Positions 23,356-35,800 of a stretch of 64,000 nt of DNA are shown here, piece after piece. Numbering within the stretch: position 1 is the first letter of the stretch; each line of letters starts with the position of its first letter. The stretch comes from Geosiphon pyriformis uo1 (Eukaryota; Fungi; Glomeromycota): the NCBI GenBank assembly GCA_016748015.1, contig JAAOMT010000503.1, forward strand, positions 145,325 to 209,324. Direction: 5' to 3'. The notes under the pieces were generated by a model. It saw nothing but the letters and a program-made list of their open reading frames with translations, did no database searches and had not been told where the DNA came from. A program made the position numbers and the translations under genes.

Positions 23356-24714
23356 ATGAATATGCAAAAATACCAACAACTTCAACATTATATAAATACT
23401 CAATTGTTCAAGGAAAAATTATCTCAAAAAGAACAAAACAACATAAAACAACAATCAAAATATTTTATTAATCATCAAAATATACTTTACCAAAAGAACA
23501 GAAGAAATCCAGATCAACCAATTAGAGTAATCACAGAACCAGAAAAAGAGACAATATTATTCAACATACACTCAGACCCAACAGTAAGACATTTTCATAA
23601 AGAAGCAACCATGGAAAGAACCAGAAAAAGATACTATTGGCCATTAATGTATTCAAATATCATCCAATATGTTCAAAATTGTGATGCTTGTCAGAGAAGA
23701 AGAGGAACAAAACCCAGTGAACCATTAAGACCAATCAAAGTAGGACAACCATTTGATTGCATTGGAATTGACTTAGTTAGATCATTAACAATCACCAGCA
23801 AAGGCAACAGATATATTACAGTAGCTATAGATTATCTCACTAAATGGCCAGAAGCAAAAGCCATTCAAAGAGCAGATGCAGAATCTGTTGCCGAATTCAT
23901 TTATCAAGATTTGGTTTGTCAACATGGATGTCCAAAAAAACTACTATCAGATCAAAGAACTCACTTTGTGAATAGAACACTGGCAGAATTAAGTCAAAGA
24001 TTTGAAGTTAAAAGACCATACCATCCACAAACCAATAGACTAGTTGAAAGATTTAATAGAATACTGTGTGAAGCAGTTGCCAAGATCAGTCAAGAAAACC
24101 AGAATAAATAGGATTTGTTTATACTATCAGTACTATTTGCTTATTGGATAATGAAGCAAGACACTACACAAGCAACACCATTTAAATTAGTATATGGTAG
24201 AACAGCAACATTACCAGTTAAGATAGAAGTCAACACTTATCCAACAAAACCAATAACTGAAGACAATTTTCAGGAAATGTTGCCAAGAAAAACATATAAC
24301 TTGATGGAAACTCTAGAAAACAAGCAACGAAAAGCAGCTGATAATATTTAAAAGTCACAAGAGAAACACAATAACCAACTACCAGACAAACCAGTTGAAT
24401 TCAAGATTGGAGACAAAGTACTTCTACATTGTACTAAAGCGGAAAAACAATGAAGTAAAAAATTTGACCCGAAATGGAATGGACCATTTCACATTAAAAA
24501 AATTCTTGGAAATGGAGCTTATAAATTAAGATGGGACAACAGAATTTTAGCCAAAACAGCACATAATGATTGATTAAAACCATATCACCAAATAGTATCA
24601 TCATCTACTAATAACATTCCACAACTGGGAGTACAAAAAATATTAGTCCAATCAGATGAGATTCCATGAGATCTGAAACCAATCATAGTTATTGAACCAA
24701 ACACGTCAAATTGA
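23356..24714 (+). pseudogene. Integrase of element C (separate ORF)
   Basis: HSDPTVRH...CDAC; GIDLV; SDQRTHF; LVERFNR; KWNGPF. Confidence 0.92.
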
Positions 24715-25418
24715 ACAAACCAAAGAGTATATAAAGACACAGTATATACGACAAAAGCAACCAAGAAAAATAGAAATACCAGATCATATTCACACTATAG
24801 CTCAACAATTATTCCAGGCCTTAAGTGAACAACAGTTAGACATGGAAATTGTTATTAACAACCAAATAATTTGCTATTAAAACAACCAAAGAAAAACAAA
24901 GAATACACCATACTAGTGACCACCAAAAAACAATAAAAACTGGACAGATAACTTAATAGAAAAAGTGAAAAACACTTTTGGAAAAATTCTTGTTATGACA
25001 TCAATAGAAGAGCTTATGAAAGAAAATTGGAAGCAATGGACAGAACGACTTCCAATATCATATTGTTACTACCAATTAAGTCAAAAGTTGAATATTCAGG
25101 AGTTGTATATCAACAAATCCAAGAGAATATTCAACCAAAACATAATACAACAAATTGAAAAATTTATTGGAAAAAAACAAATTTAACACTACATGTTAGA
25201 ACAATATACTGACTATACAACATATTTTGGAACTATCCAGAAGTACTGTTACACTCTGACATGGAAACCATAACCATCAACCAATGAGGAAGAATGAACA
25301 ATACACAAGTAGAAGATGTGAGAAACAGAGTCAAACAAACAATACTTGAAAAAGAAGTATTAAAATTAATTCAAAACAAAGATTTTAACAGAGCTCAATA
25401 TTAAAAAAGAGGAGATAA
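24692..25418 (+). pseudogene. ORF3 of element C
   Basis: Fragments ...LPISYCYYQLSQKL...IEKFIGK...RTIY*LYNIFWNYPEVLLH...ITINQ*GRMNNTQVEDV align by eye with ORF3 of B and D. Confidence 0.7.
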
Positions 25419-26271
25419 TGTTACTCATAGAAAAAACAGATATAGGAAAATAATAGACCAATAGAAGAACAGTATGTAGCATATGAGCACATTGCTCAGC
25501 AATGTAGAGCAATAATAAAAATCACAGCATATTGCTTAGCAATATGGAGCAATATCAGAAAACATGGCACATTGCTCAACAATGTAGAGCAATGTTAGAA
25601 AATAAGAGCACATTGCTCAGCAATGTAAGCATTGCTTAAAAAATTATAGCACATTACTCGGAAATGTGAGCAATCTTGTAGAACATCAATTATGTAATAT
25701 AGTGGTAGTGTTAGAAGTAGAAAAAGCAGAATCCATCAGTTAGAAACCTTCCACATCACAAATATCAATAAATAATTATTCATTATCTCAATTCACTTTT
25801 CACTATCAACACTACATATTGATAGTAATTGATACTTAACTACACTAGAACAATAGCTCTTGATCACAGCTATTGACAGGATATTAACTTGCAATTGTTT
25901 TCGTTTATTTCTTTATTTTTCTTTTATTTCTTTTGTTTTGGTATTTCTTTGGTTTTATTAAAAATTGATTAAAGATTAAGCGCTGAGATACAGATGTCAT
26001 AGTGACTAGTAAAAGACCCATAAAACAAGGGTAGAACACTCATAGATTTGAGGATAGCTTATCAGAAAGATTACTGGCCACTATACTAAGAAAGAAATTT
26101 GACAAAACTGTAATTTTGGGAAGCTATGAATAAAACCATCAATTAAAATCTCTGTCCATTATACAAAAAACTCTACAACAAAACTTTCAGATATCAACAC
26201 CTGAGTACTAACCAAGCACCAAGTTACGGATTTGTTATTTGACCTGAGACCCCAAATAATTATCTATAACA
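25419..26271 (+). repeat. 3' LTR of element C (five repeat units)
   Basis: TGTTACTCATAG after PPT AAAAAAGAGGAGATAA; ends TATAACA. Confidence 0.95.
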
Positions 26272-26609
26272 TCGGAGATTTGTGGAGGTAAGAGAGAAAA
26301 AAGTTTTTAAGATTATATATAAATAAATTAAATAATATTTTATTTAATAGTAAGTATAAAAATATAAAGAAAATAAAATAAAATTTTTATTAAGTTAGAA
26401 ATAAAAAATAGTTTTTTTTAAAAGAATGAGTTTTGTTTTCTGTTTGTCTTTTTTTATTTGCTAAAATTACTTATTTTTTATATATAATTTTTAATTTTAC
26501 AAAATTGCTTTTAATTATTAAGTTTTTTTTATGTTATTATATTTTAGTTATGTTTTTTCAATAGCTTTTAAATTGGTTTTTTTACTCAGGTAACACTAAT
26601 AAAAATTTT

Positions 26610-27500
26610 TAAACATCTATGTTTGTTTATTATTAATAATCTTAGCCATATAAACAGAATTTTTTTTATAAACATTAACTACTTAACTATAACCAAGTTA
26701 ACAATTTCAAATAATTTAAATTTCATTTAAGTTTTTTACCAAAGACCAATAAACTGCATTTAATTAATACAATCTTATTAAATTTAGAAAAAACTAATTT
26801 TATAATTAATTTAAAAAAATTAACAGAAATTTTTTAACAATTATTTTCTAATCTAAACAGTTATTTACTTTCTTAATATTAATATTTATCAAAATTTTCT
26901 TACTAATAACCAATTTTTTAATCTTATTTAGATTTAATTTTAACATAAAAAATAATTTGATAATTTTTGAATTTTTAAAAAAATAGATATTCTCCCAAAA
27001 TTATTTATCTAAAACACATAATTTGACCAATAACAATTGTTTAGAGCCAATAAACTTAAAATTTAGAAGTAACAAAATATTATTGTTATTATTACTCAAA
27101 TTATCAAAAAAAAATTTTTTAGCTTGTTGTTCAAAACATATATCTTAATATATATTTTTTTAAGCATAGCCTTATTTATTATATTATTTATTTTTAAATT
27201 CAAATTTACATAGCTAGTTTTCTTAACAAATGTGTTTTTTATATTCTTAATATTTAAAATCTTACTAATACTGTTTATTTTACTGTTGACTTTGCTACTC
27301 TAAAACTTTACAGACTTAGAGTCATCAACTTTTATATTACTAATATCTAAAAAGTTAACAAACAATTTAATAACTTTATTATTAACAACAGACTTTTTTG
27401 GTTTCTTATAGAACATATTATATAAATAAACATTTTCAAAATATTTGTTCTTAATATTAAACCAGGTTTTCAATTCAGCCAAATCAGAATTAAACTATTA
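26610..27500 (-). pseudogene. Extremely AT-eroded LINE ORF1 fragment
   Basis: Manual translation VFSKFNKIVLIK-MQFIGLW*K...EFKLFEIVNLVIVK*LMFIKKNSVYMAK matches the ORF1 segment SEFGEIK.IRIQLI.MWQK.VVEF...KWSFLI.KNSVRMAK of the other LINEs. Confidence 0.7.
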
Positions 27501-27517
27501 GTAAAAAAGTCTATTAG

Positions 27518-29830
27518 TTTTTTTTTTTATTGCTTAATAAATACAGCCCAAAAGCCAACCTAGTACAATACATCAAACTAAATGATCTAAACTAGGCATT
27601 AAGCATGTGCTTTTTACATGTAACTAATTACTTGGACCAATTAAGAATACACTACACTAAAGCCTTAAAAGAAAACTTATTCAAAGAAAACATTCTTTGA
27701 ATAATTTCAAACAATGTAGTACTATCAATCAATTCAACTAGTCATTTAGCTATTTTAAAGACATCAGTCTTTACAATAGCAGATTCATGTTTTCAAAAAG
27801 ACATCAAGTTAGAAAACACCTTATCACTTAAACCAAACAGATGCTCTGAATCACCAGACATATTAACATCCTTTATGCAACATTTTTTTTAAAGAAACCA
27901 CTTTTCTTCTCAACTTATCAACAATTTTACTAAAGAAATCCATATGTATCATAACCTCATTAATCCTAAAGCCAAGATTACTGCTTGAGATTAAATCCCT
28001 ATTAATAAATTGTTTAAACAATTTGACCAAAGAACCAACTGGTTTAACAATAGACTCAACCAAAACAGAAAGCTTAACCAAATCAAATTCCAAAGAAGCC
28101 AATTGAAAAGACATCAATAAATTATTAACAACCATAAAAAGAGGAGTAAAAACTGCCAAAAAAAAAACTCAGAAGAATTCAGAGAAACAAAAGCCTTTAC
28201 ATAAAAAACACCACCTACAAAACATGTTTTAAACATCTTAGGAGCCTTAAAAGAAGAAAGTAGAGAAACTTTGCAGTCTATAATTAGATGGTCCACTTCT
28301 TGACACTTAAAGCAATGCCAACAACCAGAAGTTTCTCACCAAATATAGCATTTTTTTAAGATACCAGTCTTGATAACTGCAGAATCCAAATCAACTTGAG
28401 AACCAAATATAACCAGAGCAAACTGGAAATAATAATCAGACTTAGGAGAATGAAAAATGAAACATGTCTGACTACCAACTTGGGAAATTAAATTACTAAT
28501 CTCAAAAGCAGTGCAGCAAGAAGAAAGATTGACCAATTTGGTCTTAAATTTATCATGAGACAGAATAGTCTCATTTTAATTCATCAAGGAGAAAATTCTA
28601 ATACTATTCTTGCCTACCAAAACTAATTAATGATTTAAAGCAGACACAACAAAATTCAACTTCTCAAAATAAACAACTACATATTGCCAAATGTCAATAA
28701 GCTTTAGCACAACATGATTAACCATACCAAAAACACTGAAAGCTGTCTTAATATTAGCAGCAGACACACCTAAAGGCACATTATGCAGCACAACAGCAGC
28801 AGAAGGGAAGCCAAACTCAGAAATCACCAAAGACTTGGCAATTTTAAGAGTGGCAAGATGAACAGAGCTTGAAAGCTCGACCAAAAATGCAGCATTCAAA
28901 GAGTTTTGGGAAGCAAACACCATACAAAAAAGTTTTACATTGTCTTTTACAACTGATTTCACATTCAAAAAACCATGCACAGATTAAAAAACAGCTCTAA
29001 CATAAGCCAATTTAATCTTAAAAATAATACTAGACACCAAAATAGAGACTATCTATCCAGCAAATCTTTGATAACTAGTAATAGTTTCTCAAGCACTACT
29101 AACAACAGCATCAGAAACCAGAGGAGAAGATGATTCAGTTTCTATTTGGTCAGCCCAGTTCTTAATAACAGATGACACCACAGAAGATGATTGTTTTATT
29201 TCTAAAACCAATAATAATCTGTTAAAAAACACTATATTTGACAATTCAACCAGTAGTTGATCTTGGCCCATCTTAGATAATATGTCAGATAATACAACAA
29301 AAATCTTATTTAAGATCTTATTTGAAACCACAAAGGAGTTCGGTGTAACAATAGCAGAAACAAGCAATTGCTCCTATTTTTCTGAATTTTTGGTCTTTTT
29401 GACTATTTTTTTTGAAGAGGAGGTGCTAAAAGCAAACATTAAAGCTATAAAGAAAAATACCAACTTGTTAACTGGTCTATTATTAAACACTTTTAGACTC
29501 TTAGTAGGGATGGAGACAATACTGGAACTAACCCAAGTGTGTTTTTTTGAAAGAATTTTTACTGATAAAAAACCAGCCAAAGATGGGGAGGTTGCTTTAG
29601 TAGCTACCAAAAACAGCTTTTCACAATTACTAAATAAAGGGAATACTTCTAAAATGTTCTGTCTGGTTGTTTTTACAACAGAAAAAGCTTCTCTGGTTGA
29701 AATTTTATTAGATATCTTAGGAAAAATATTAGATACAGCTTTTTCACTCTTTGCTCTGGTCATAGTCATAAAATTAAGAAAACAAAAAGTTTATGATTCT
29801 ATTAGTTTTATAATCACAAACAAAAATATG
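27518..29830 (-). mobile_element. ORF1-only non-autonomous non-LTR element (HAL1-like), copy 1
   Basis: One decayed ORF of about 2.1 kb, followed directly by the LINE-type 3' UTR (27531..27651) and poly(A); no EN or RT sequence. Confidence 0.85.
27652..29769 (-). pseudogene. ORF1-like protein (RRM-like repeats, CCHC knuckle, coiled coil) of HAL-like copy 1
   Basis: MTRAKSEKAV...VVLHNVPLGVSAANIKTAFSVFG...WQYVVVYFE...CFKCQEVDHLIIDC...LASLEFDLVKLSVLVESI. Confidence 0.8.
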
Positions 29831-30354
29831 TTAAAAAAAATAGTTAAAAAATATAAAAAAAAGGGAAATAAAAAAAACTATTTTTTTATAAAAATCTTAT
29901 GTTTTTATTACAACCAGAAAATTAGCAAAAAAAAACTTTTTAATTATAATATTGTGATTATAATTAATATAATTAAAAACAAATCAATTGATTATATTTT
30001 TTGGTAATTATTTTTAAATAATAAATACAGATATAAAATATTAAAACATAATAAAATTTGTTGTTATTAAATTACATATATTAATTTCTAATTTTTATTG
30101 GCATTTTTTAGATTGTCAAGTTTTTTGTATCTAATTTAGATTTGTAATTAAATTGTATTATAATTGAACTAATTGTTAATTTGTTATTATTTTGTTGTTA
30201 ATTAATATTTATTAAATTAATTTTAATAATATAATTTTTTTTACATGTTTTTAATATTAATTTTTATAATATATATTGTAATTTTTTGCATGAAAGTATT
30301 ATATTTAATTTAAAATATTATAATAACATTATAAATTAAAAATAGTATTTATTT

Positions 30355-32620
30355 ATTTATTTTTTATTAAAGTTTAACAAGTGAAACCCAAAAGCTACCT
30401 AGAATAATACATTAAAGAATCAATCTAAACTAGGAGTTAATCATGCATTTTTTACATGTGATTAGCCACTCAGACCAGTCAAAAACACACTATGCTGATG
30501 CTACAGAAGAAAACTTACCCAAAGATGACATTTTTTGAATAACAGAAAACAAAATTACACTGCAAGAAACCAAACCAACTAGTCACTTAGCAGTTTTAAA
30601 GAGATCAGTTTTAACATTAACAGACTTATGCTTCCAAAGGGACATTAAGTTGGAAAACACCTCATCACCCACAACAGACAGAAGCTCTGAATTACCAAAC
30701 ATATCAATGTCTTCCATACAGCATTTTTTTTTTAAAAAAACCACTTCCCTTCCTAACTTATCAACAGTCTTATTAAAGAAACCCATATACACCAAAATCT
30801 CATTAATCTTAAAACCAAGAGCACTACTTGAAACCAAATCACCATTAATAAACTGTTCAAAAATTGTAACCAAAGAGCCAATAGACTTAACAATAGACTC
30901 AACCAAAACAGAAAGCTTAGTCAAATTAGATTCCAAAGAAGACAGTCAGAATAGCACCAAAAGATCACTAACAACAACTGGAGAAAAAACAAGAGGTAAC
31001 AAAGATGGAAATCCAGAGGAGGCCAAAAGAGCAGAAGTCTTAGCATAAGACTTAGAACCAACAAAGTGTGGTATAAACATCTTAGAAAACTTGGAAGGGG
31101 AAGGTAAAGAAATCTTACAATCTGCAGCCAGATGGCCTAATTCTTGATGCTTGAAACAACACTAACAATCAGGAGTTTCCTATCAAATATGGCATTTTCT
31201 CAATGTATTAGTTTTGACAATAGCAGAGTCCAAATTAGCTTGAGAACCAAATATGACCAAAGCAAACTGGAAATAATAACCAGATTCAAGAAAATGAGGG
31301 ATAAAACATGTCCGACCATCAACTTAAGAAATTATATTACTGATTTCAAAAGCTGTGCATCCAGAAGAAAGATTGACCAACTTGGCCTTAAACTTATCAC
31401 AAAACAAAATAGTCTTATATTGATTCACCAGAAGAAGGATTCTGACACTATCTTTGTTCACCAAAACTAATCAATAATTCAAAGCAGATATAGCAGAGTC
31501 CAATTTTTCAAAATAAACCACTACATACTGCCAAACACCAGTAGATTTCAGCACAACACGAGTGACATTACCAAACACACTAAGAGCCATCTTAATGTTA
31601 GCAGCAGACACATCCAAAAGCACATCATGCAGTACAACAGCAGCGGAAGGAGAACCAAACTCAGAAATTACCAAAGACTTAGCAATTTTGAAGGTGGCCA
31701 AATGTACAGAGCTTGTAAGCTCAACCAAAAATGCAGCTTCCAAAGACACTTAAGAAGCAAACTCCACACAAAACAGTTTTACATTGTCTTTTAATACTGA
31801 CTTTATACCCAAGAAACCATGTACTAACTGAAAAACAGTCTTAACATGAGCCAATTTAATCTTAAAAGTAGCACCAGATACCAGAGTAGAGGCCACTTAC
31901 TCAACAAACTTTTGACAACTAATAATAGTTTCCCAAGCACCACCAAAAGTAGCACCAGAAACTAGAGGAGAAGATAATTCAGTTTTTATTTAATCAGCCC
32001 AGTTCCCAAAAACAGGTGACTCAACAGGAGAAAATTGTTTTGCTTTTAAAACCAGTGATGATTTACTAAAAGACACCACATTTGGCAACACAGCCAGTGG
32101 TTAATCTAAGTCTATCTTGGACAACATGCCAGATAATACTATAGAGATCTCATCTAAAATCTCATTGGAAACCACAAAGGGGTTCAGTGTAACAATAGCA
32201 AAAGCAAGTAACTGCCCCCACTTTTCTGAACTTTTGGTCTTTTTGACCATTTTTTTTGAAGAAGAGGTGCTAGCAGCACCAAATGTAGAAGCTATAGAGA
32301 GAAAGACCAGCTTGTTAACTGGAGTGGAGACAACACTGGGACTAATCCAAGTATATCTTTTTGAGGGAACTTTGACTGGTGAGAAACCAGCCAAAAATGA
32401 GGAAGTTGCTTCAGTATGCTTCAGTAGTTACTAAAGGCAGCTTATTACAATTACTGAGTAAAAGAAAGGCTTCTAAAATGTTCTGTCTAGTTGCTTCTAC
32501 AACAAAGAGAGCTCTTTTGATTGAAATTTTATTAAATATCTCAGGACAGATATCAGGTACAGCTTTTTTACTCTTTGCTCTGGTCATGATCATAAAATTA
32601 AGGAAAAAAAAAGTTAATTT
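30355..32620 (-). mobile_element. ORF1-only non-autonomous non-LTR element (HAL1-like), copy 2
   Basis: Collinear with copy 1 over its whole length; same 3' UTR (30372..30489) and an A-rich tail. Confidence 0.85.
30490..32593 (-). pseudogene. ORF1-like protein of HAL-like copy 2
   Basis: MTRAKSKKAV...VVLHDVLLDVSAANIKMALSVFG...CFKHQELGHLAADC...LESNLTKLSVLVESI. Confidence 0.8.
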
Positions 32621-32852
32621 TTCTGTTGCTGCATTTATTTTTTGTTTAATTTTTTATAATTTTATCTATTTTAAATTTAATATTGCTAAAAACCAAAATC
32701 AATTTATTATTATTATTATTATTTTTTTATTTCGTTTAACAAATGCAGCCCAACCACTATCTAGTATACAGATACAAGCTAAGTAAATCTAACTAAATAT
32801 GGCTCACACATTTGCTACATGTGACTAGTCACTCAGGCCAATCTAGGCAATA

Positions 32853-35800
32853 CTACACACCTACATAAACTTTGATACTATCACAAATACCAGAAAAAAA
32901 AAGGCTAGCCTTACGCAAATCAAAACTGATAGCAAATGTCTCATCAATCCCAAGAAGACGAACAATTCTACCAGACAAATGTTTAATAGAGTCAGCTGAA
33001 AGACCAATGGGAATTTCCAAAGCACAAACCAAACCACAATGTTCTATGTCCACTCTAAACTTAGTCCTGGGTAACCACAAACCACACTGGTGTTTTTCAG
33101 CCAGGCGTCAAACAAAATCAGCCACCACCAAAACAGTCCGATTATGATCCTTGAAATGCACAGTAGCTTCATTGACTTATTCTCTTAGTACAAAGCCTTT
33201 ACACAATTGCATATACACTCCTGAATTATGACAATCAGCAAGCAGAATACACAACATAGGAGAGGATGCCGAAAAGCAGTCCACTAGCAATGACTTCCAC
33301 AAAGTGGTCCTGCCCAACAAAATATCAGCATGCACAGCTGCTTCACTTCGACAAGTAAACACATGATCCGACAATTCAACATCACCACACATCAAACAGA
33401 AAATCCCAGGATAACATTTATTATACAATCTTTTATGAATGGCAACTGGTAACTTCTTATAAACCACCTTCATTAAATAAGTACAGAGAACAGCTGAAGC
33501 TTGGCTTGTAAAGCCCAACAGCATGTGAGAGTCTGGGTGCCAAACTGAAGCCGTACACTTCTAATCAACCCTTACAATCAAATCTTCATTGATCACTACA
33601 GAGCCAGGACCAGCTTTCTATTGAGCACGACAAATAGATCTATAAATATCCCGAACAAAATGTCAAGCATTGTCCAAGACAACCTGACCATGAGCCATGA
33701 CATACCTTTCCCGAACACTTATAAGAAGAGACAAATTGGAGTGAGCAGTGTGCCCAGCCAAAGCATTGGCCTTGTTATTGTGAGCATCATCCAAATGGCC
33801 CTTTACTTTTACCCACCCAACAGAAAAGTTCTTATCCTCAATCAACTTGTGAATATAATGCCTTTTCATCCAACATTTGTTCCTGAAATCAGGAGCAATT
33901 AAACCCAATTCTGAAGCACACACATCAATAGTAGTCTGACTATCAATGTTAATAACAACCAAGCATGAAAAAGGAACACATTTCAGTGCCAGGACAACAG
34001 TGTGAAGTTCAGCCATAGTAGAAGAAAGCAACCCACTGACCTCAATGCCAATACCCATACCAGCATCAAGAAAATAAGCTGCAGCCCTACCCACAACCTC
34101 AGCAGTGTTCAAATGAGACAAAGAACCATCAGTATACACTGTGAAGGTATCAGACCAGAATTCATGCAAATGTTTTCGAACAACCAAATATCTTTCCAAA
34201 TCAAAAAAGTTTGAGCCACCAGAGACTGTGAACAAACCACCAGGAATGAGACAGTGACCATCCATGTATGCAGAAACTTTGGAGTACCACAAGAGTACAG
34301 GACCCCTGGAACTTAGTTTCTTCCAGTGGCGAAAAGTCCTCCAACTGAGAACTGATCTATCTTTGCCTAATAACTTGTCACCAAAGGCAACACCAAAACA
34401 CTTTAAAGAGAAAACCACACCAAAATAAAAAGAGCTATCCAAAATCGTCGACACAGGGAAGCGACCAGCACCACAAAAAGCACAAAGCAAATTGTTGACC
34501 AGATATATATCATTGTTCAAAAAAATTCTAACCATACCAGTAAGAAAATTGTTAGAGAGATTAACTCTCAACTTAACAGAATGTCACAAAGAGTTTAACA
34601 GAGCTTACCCTAATATCTGTAGATCCAAAAAATGGTGTTCAAACAAATGCCCCAGAATACCAGATGCATTTGAGAACCAAACCAATGAAGCCACCTTTCC
34701 TTCAGCCTGGATCTGTTCAAAAGTCTTCATGCCATAAAGGGAGAGATAATGTAAAGCCTTACTGGGAAAATCTCAAGACAAATTTGCTTTAGATTTGAGA
34801 CCCTTTCTTAACATAACATCCCATTTCAAGCAGACACTCTTAGAAACAAAGCTGAATTGTGTGTGATAGCTGACAATAGGTTGCAGGACTGAAGACACCA
34901 AGTACACAAATTGTTTATCCGTCAAAGCTTTCCTGAGAACCATATTGAAAAAGAACCTGACATCCGATTGAGCTTTGGCTAAACTAGACTTAGACAATCT
35001 GTTTGTTAACAAGAAAATGCCCAGATATCTATGAGTCTCACCCTGTTTAGCAATAGAGATAAATAGTCCATTAATATGCAGAGACGCATCTGAAACTCTT
35101 TTGTTGATAGAAATTGCCACAGTTTTTTCACTGTTAATTGTGATATCATTGATCTCAAAAAATTTGCCCACAATATCCAATATATGTTGTGTTGATGCTT
35201 GATTATTACCAATCCAGATAGTATCATTCACAAATGCACCTGCCATAAAAAATGAAGACTGACCACCACTAGACTCAATATGGCCAGATTTTGCTACAAA
35301 GTTGGTATTAATTCTGTAACTATATAAATGTTCATGATCTTTAACCTTACACAACAAAGAGTTATAAAAAATCCTCCACAAGAGAGAAGAGAAGACCTCT
35401 CCTTGATTCAAACCATCCAGCACGCAGTATTCATCCAAAAGGCCAAAATCAGTCATCACTCTATTAATCCTGCTCACATGTAAGTTTCCAAAAAATGACA
35501 CAAATCTGTCACACATTTTGATTTGCTTCAAACTGGCTTCCAACTGCTGCCAACCAACATAATCATAGGTCTTACGCATATTCTGCAACACCAACCAAAC
35601 CTCCCTATTTTTCTCCAGAACATCTTCCATGATTGAACCAACAGCAAAAACTGGAGATTGAGTGGAAATACCCTTCAGAACTGAGAAATTGTCACCCTGG
35701 AGAACATCAAATCCAGAACAGGCCAAAGAAATACAGTCAGACAATAATTTAGAGAGTATCTTTCTGGCTGTCTTAATTAATGCAATGGGCCTTGTATTCA

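Larger units (their letters stand above)
16174..26271 (+). mobile_element. LTR retrotransposon C, full length (about 10.1 kb), inserted in the LINE-1 5' UTR; TSD TCAG/TCGG
   Basis: Paired LTRs; PBS at 17060; PPT before 25419; complete domain order; joined flanks match the 5' UTR of the other LINE copies. Confidence 0.96.

Noticed and set aside
24400-24714. Chromodomain at the integrase C-terminus
   Set aside because: Only the GPY/F module and a short tail are present; no chromodomain aromatic-cage pattern
26565-26597. Possible LTR terminus (GGTAACA) resembling 63897-63925
   Set aside because: Similarity is short and in very AT-rich sequence; no partner LTR, PBS, PPT or TSD could be identified
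29282-30007. 241-aa plus-strand ORF and many similar 60-140-aa ORFs opposite TE genes
   Set aside because: Antisense shadows of TE coding sequence or low-complexity AT DNA, with no independent motifs
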